From positions 26,883 through 90,882 of the forward strand of contig DASZMA010000096.1 of assembly GCA_035552095.1 (NCBI GenBank): DNA of 64,000 bases. The letters are read 5' to 3'. Position 1 is the stretch's first letter. Each line of letters opens with the position of its first letter. The translations under genes and the position numbers were made by a program. The notes beneath the pieces are model-generated. The model saw nothing but the letters and a program-made list of their open reading frames with translations, was not told the origin of the DNA and searched no databases. This document shows positions 61,573-64,000 of this stretch, in pieces. The stretch is from Acidimicrobiales bacterium (GTDB taxonomy: Bacteria > Actinomycetota > Acidimicrobiia > Acidimicrobiales > RAAP-2).

Positions 61573-62364
61573 TCAGCCCGACCGGCCGAGTGTCGCCTCC
61601 AGGCCGCGCACGTCGTCGTCCTCATCGCGCCAGACGGTCACCTCGACATAACCCAGGCGGGTCAGGTCACCGCTCAGGGCTTCGGCCTGATCGCCGCCGA
61701 GCTCGAGCAGGAGGGCGCCACGGGGCCGGAGATAGGCCAGTGCGTCGGACAGGACCCGCCGCAGGATGGCGGTGCCGTCGGGTCCCCCGTCGTAGGCCAG
61801 CGGTGCCTCAAACGTGAGGGTGTCACGCGGCAGCAGCGCCAGGGCGGGCGTTGGCACGTAGGGAACCACCCCGACCACCACGTCGACCCGCCCCAGCAGC
61901 GCCGGCGGCAGGGGAGCGAAGAGATCGCCTTGGTAGGCCTCCACCCCGTTGCGGGCGGCGCAGGACACGGCGCCCCGATCGACGTCGCACGCCACCACCC
62001 GCGCTCGCGGCCGGTGCACCATCAGGATCTTGGCCAGGGCGCCGGCCCCGGTGCACAGATCGATGGCCGTGCCCTGCGCCGGGAGCCGCGCCGCGGCCCG
62101 TCGGGCCAGGGGCTCGCTCTGCCAGCGCGGCACGTAGACGCCCGGATCGACGTGGATCGTCACGCCGCAGAAGGTGACGCGGCCGGTGACCCAGGCCAGG
62201 GGCTCGCCCGTGAGGCGCCGCTCGACCAACGTGTCGAGACGCGCCCCGTCGCCGGCGGCCGCCTCCAGCAGCTCGGCCGCCTCCTCGTCGGCCGCCACGA
62301 AGCCGGCGCCGGCCAGGCGCGCGCTGAGCGCCTCGGGCGGGGGAAGCATGGGCATGCCTGCCAT
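61573..62364 (-). CDS. PrmC/HemK-like class I SAM-dependent methyltransferase (unknown substrate)
   Basis: SAM motif IDLCTGAGALA. The position of the NPPY motif is occupied by VVPYVP. Start among ATG 62364/62355/62349; the track ORF is over-extended to 63360. Confidence 0.7.
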   Translation of the reverse strand: MAGMPMLPPPEALSARLAGAGFVAADEEAAELLEAAAGDGARLDTLVERRLTGEPLAWVTGRVTFCGVTIHVDPGVYVPRWQSEPLARRAAARLPAQGTAIDLCTGAGALAKILMVHRPRARVVACDVDRGAVSCAARNGVEAYQGDLFAPLPPALLGRVDVVVGVVPYVPTPALALLPRDTLTFEAPLAYDGGPDGTAILRRVLSDALAYLRPRGALLLELGGDQAEALSGDLTRLGYVEVTVWRDEDDDVRGLEATLGRSG

Positions 62365-62433
62365 TGGAACACGGCCGGAACCGATCGTAATGATCGTCTT
62401 GACAATTTTTCTCGTCGGTATCAGGATGGCGCC

Positions 62434-63030
62434 ATGCTCGATGTCGAGGTCATCGCCGATGCGTCGGCCGCCGAGGTCTCGCTCGACCCCATCCGGGCCC
62501 GTCTCCTGGCCGAGCTCTCCACCCCCAGCTCGGCGGCGGCGCTGGCCCAGCGGGTGGGTCTGCCCCGGCAGAAGGTGAACTACCACCTCCGGTCGCTGGA
62601 GAGCCACGGTCTCATCGCGCTGGTGGAGGAGCGCCGCAAGGGCAACTGCACCGAGCGCGTCATGCAGGCCTCTTCCCGCTCCTACGTGATTTCCCCGGCC
62701 GCCCTGGCCCCGGTGGCGCCCGATCCGTCCCGGGCGCCCGACGGCCTCTCGGCGCGCTGGCTCCTGGCCCTGGCTGGGCAGCTGGTGCGCGATGTCGGTG
62801 AGCTGATCGGTGGAGCGGAAGCGGCCGCGCGGCCCCTGTCCACCTTCGCCGCCGACGGCGAGGTGCGCTTCGCCTCGGCCACGGCGCGCGCCGCGTTCAC
62901 CGAGGAGCTGGCCGCCGCCGTCACCGGCCTGGTGGCCAAGTACCACGACGAGACGGCACCGCAGGGTCGGGCCCACCGGTTGGTGGTGGCCGCGCACCCG
63001 GCCCACCGGCGCCGGTCCAAGGAGGGATGA
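62434..63030 (+). CDS. ArsR/SmtB-family winged-helix transcriptional regulator
   Basis: DPIRARLLAELSTPSSAAALAQRVGLPRQKVNYHLRSLESHGLI. ATG 62434. Confidence 0.75.
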   Translation: MLDVEVIADASAAEVSLDPIRARLLAELSTPSSAAALAQRVGLPRQKVNYHLRSLESHGLIALVEERRKGNCTERVMQASSRSYVISPAALAPVAPDPSRAPDGLSARWLLALAGQLVRDVGELIGGAEAAARPLSTFAADGEVRFASATARAAFTEELAAAVTGLVAKYHDETAPQGRAHRLVVAAHPAHRRRSKEG

Positions 63031-63739
63031 CATGGCCGAAGAGTTCGCCATTCGCAAGGAGATCGCCCTGTCGGCCACCCCGGAGGAGGTGTGGGAAGCC
63101 ATCGCCACCGAACCGGGCCTGGCGGCCTGGTTCATGCCCTTTCCCATCGACCCGAGCAGCGACCTGGTCACGGCCTGGGAGCCGGCACAGGCGCTGGCCA
63201 CCCGCACTCCGCCCGGGCCGGACGGCTCGACGCAGGCCTTCGAATACCTCATCGTGGCGAAGGACGGTGGCAGCACGGTGCTGCGCTTCGTCCACCGCGG
63301 CTTCCGGGACGACGACTGGAGCGATGAGTTCGAGCCCATGACGGGCGCCGGCTGGGACATGTACCTCTACACCCTGTCGCAGTACCTCACCCACTTTGCC
63401 GGGCGGCCCGCCACCTACGTGGAAGCGGAGGGCCCGGCGTCATCGGCGCAGCCGGGGTGCTGGTCCCGGTTGCTGGGCCGGCTGGACCCGTCCGGATCGA
63501 TCGCCGAGGGGAGCGAGGTGCAGGTTGCCCTGCCCGGCCTGGCGCCGATCACGGGAATGGTCGACTACCTCACCCCCCACTTCGTCGGCCTCCGCACCCC
63601 CGATGCGCTGATCCGGTTCCACGGCCGCTGGCCCATCGGCATGACGGTCGCCGTGAGCCACCACGCCTATGCCGAGGGTACCGACGTGGCGGCCACCTCG
63701 GCGGCCTGGTCAACCTGGTTGGCCCAGACCTTGGCCTGA
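63031..63739 (+). CDS. SRPBCC/AHSA1-like domain protein
   Basis: FAIRKEIALSATPEEVWEAIATEPGLAAWF is the typical AHSA1/SRPBCC opening. It starts immediately after the ArsR stop, which is the usual ArsR-SRPBCC pairing. Confidence 0.65.
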
Positions 63740-63801
63740 ACGGGCTGGGCGGGCCGGGCGGGCCGGGCGGGCCGGAGGCGGGTCGGCCGGCGCCGGTTAG
63801 G

Positions 63802-64000
63802 TCAACCGATCCGATCGGCCATCCAATCGGCCAGATGCCCGATGACGGCGTCGCTGACCGGCGCCGCGGCCACCTCCAGCAGCAGGGCGGCGGTGGCTTC
63901 CCCGTCCTCGTCACCGGGCGGCGGAGTCCACTCGGAGCCGTTGCGGCGACAGAACTCAATGGAGGCGATCAGGGCCACCTGCAGGTTGCCGTCCTTGAGC
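63802..64000 (-). CDS. Possible Fic/Doc-family protein, C-terminal fragment (5' end outside window), non-canonical motif
   Basis: My own translation of the minus strand (frame from 63999) gives LKDGNLQVALIASIEFCRRNGSEWTPPPGDEDGEATAALLLEVAAAPVSDAVIGHLADWMADRIG*. This is colinear with Doc ...DANKRTALNSALLFLRRNG..., but KR is replaced by LQ. The ORF is not in the supplied track because it has no start in the window. Confidence 0.35.
   Translation of the reverse strand, partial: LKDGNLQVALIASIEFCRRNGSEWTPPPGDEDGEATAALLLEVAAAPVSDAVIGHLADWMADRIG

Noticed and set aside
63740-63800. GC-rich iterated GGGCGGGCC units after the SRPBCC stop, considered as a repeat element or terminator.
   Set aside because: These are only about three short imperfect units with no clear stem-loop partner. 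This is ordinary low-complexity GC sequence between convergent genes.
63570-63959. Track ORF 63570..63959(-), 129 aa.
   Set aside because: Its composition is Pro/Arg/Gly junk and it overlaps the SRPBCC gene end. A different minus-strand frame (63802..63999) gives a coherent Doc-like C-terminus instead.
1-64000. CRISPR arrays, tRNA/rRNA genes, IS elements, integrases and prophage genes.
   Set aside because: Reading both strands, I found no spaced direct-repeat arrays, no tRNA-like T-arm sequences other than the tmRNA, and no transposase, integrase or phage-like ORFs. This visual scan is not exhaustive.

Overview
High-GC (roughly 65-70%) densely coding chromosomal segment, almost certainly from an actinobacterium. 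Lineage markers are Lsr2, F420-type enzymes, an M. tuberculosis-type Plc, mec-cysO-cysM next to smpB-ssrA, and an RAE-like element. I call about 60 protein genes and one tmRNA. I saw no rRNA, tRNA, CRISPR array, transposase or integrase. Gene order from the left: (1) A Liv/HAAT-type ABC importer compressed into fusion proteins, including an unusual MFS::LivF fusion. (2) An L-rhamnose locus (rhaI, rhaEW-type aldolase/dehydrogenase, GH78) interleaved with two esterases and an acyl-CoA ligase. (3) An ABC1 kinase, a NarL-type two-component system and an ABC-2 exporter. (4) LLM/TetR/CYP125-like P450 genes. (5) An AT-rich patch carrying an atypical lsr2. (6) htrA, a small membrane protein, patatin, Plc and GH92. 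(7) An oxygenase/hydrolase/mmsA block containing an orphan Phd/YefM antitoxin. (8) A PBP, then a Zn-ribbon metallopeptidase, RHH protein and SPFH protein. (9) An accessory-looking stretch (46.4-57.5 kb) of visibly lower GC ending at the 3' end of ssrA. It carries an rph-type rifamycin phosphotransferase preceded by an RAE-like palindrome, plus marR-clc and a CaCA antiporter. (10) smpB-ssrA, mec-cysO-cysM, csbD, an MBL hydrolase, a PrmC-like methyltransferase, ArsR-SRPBCC and a truncated Doc-like gene. The observations I rate most worth follow-up are the MFS::LivF fusion, the esterase/GH78/acyl-CoA-ligase/rhamnose arrangement, the RAE-like element with rph and an unknown divergent ORF, the SPFH module with its structured leader, and the atypical Lsr2. 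All functional calls come from motif recognition and remembered family signatures, not database searches. Many long ORFs in the six-frame track are antisense artefacts of the high GC and were not called.
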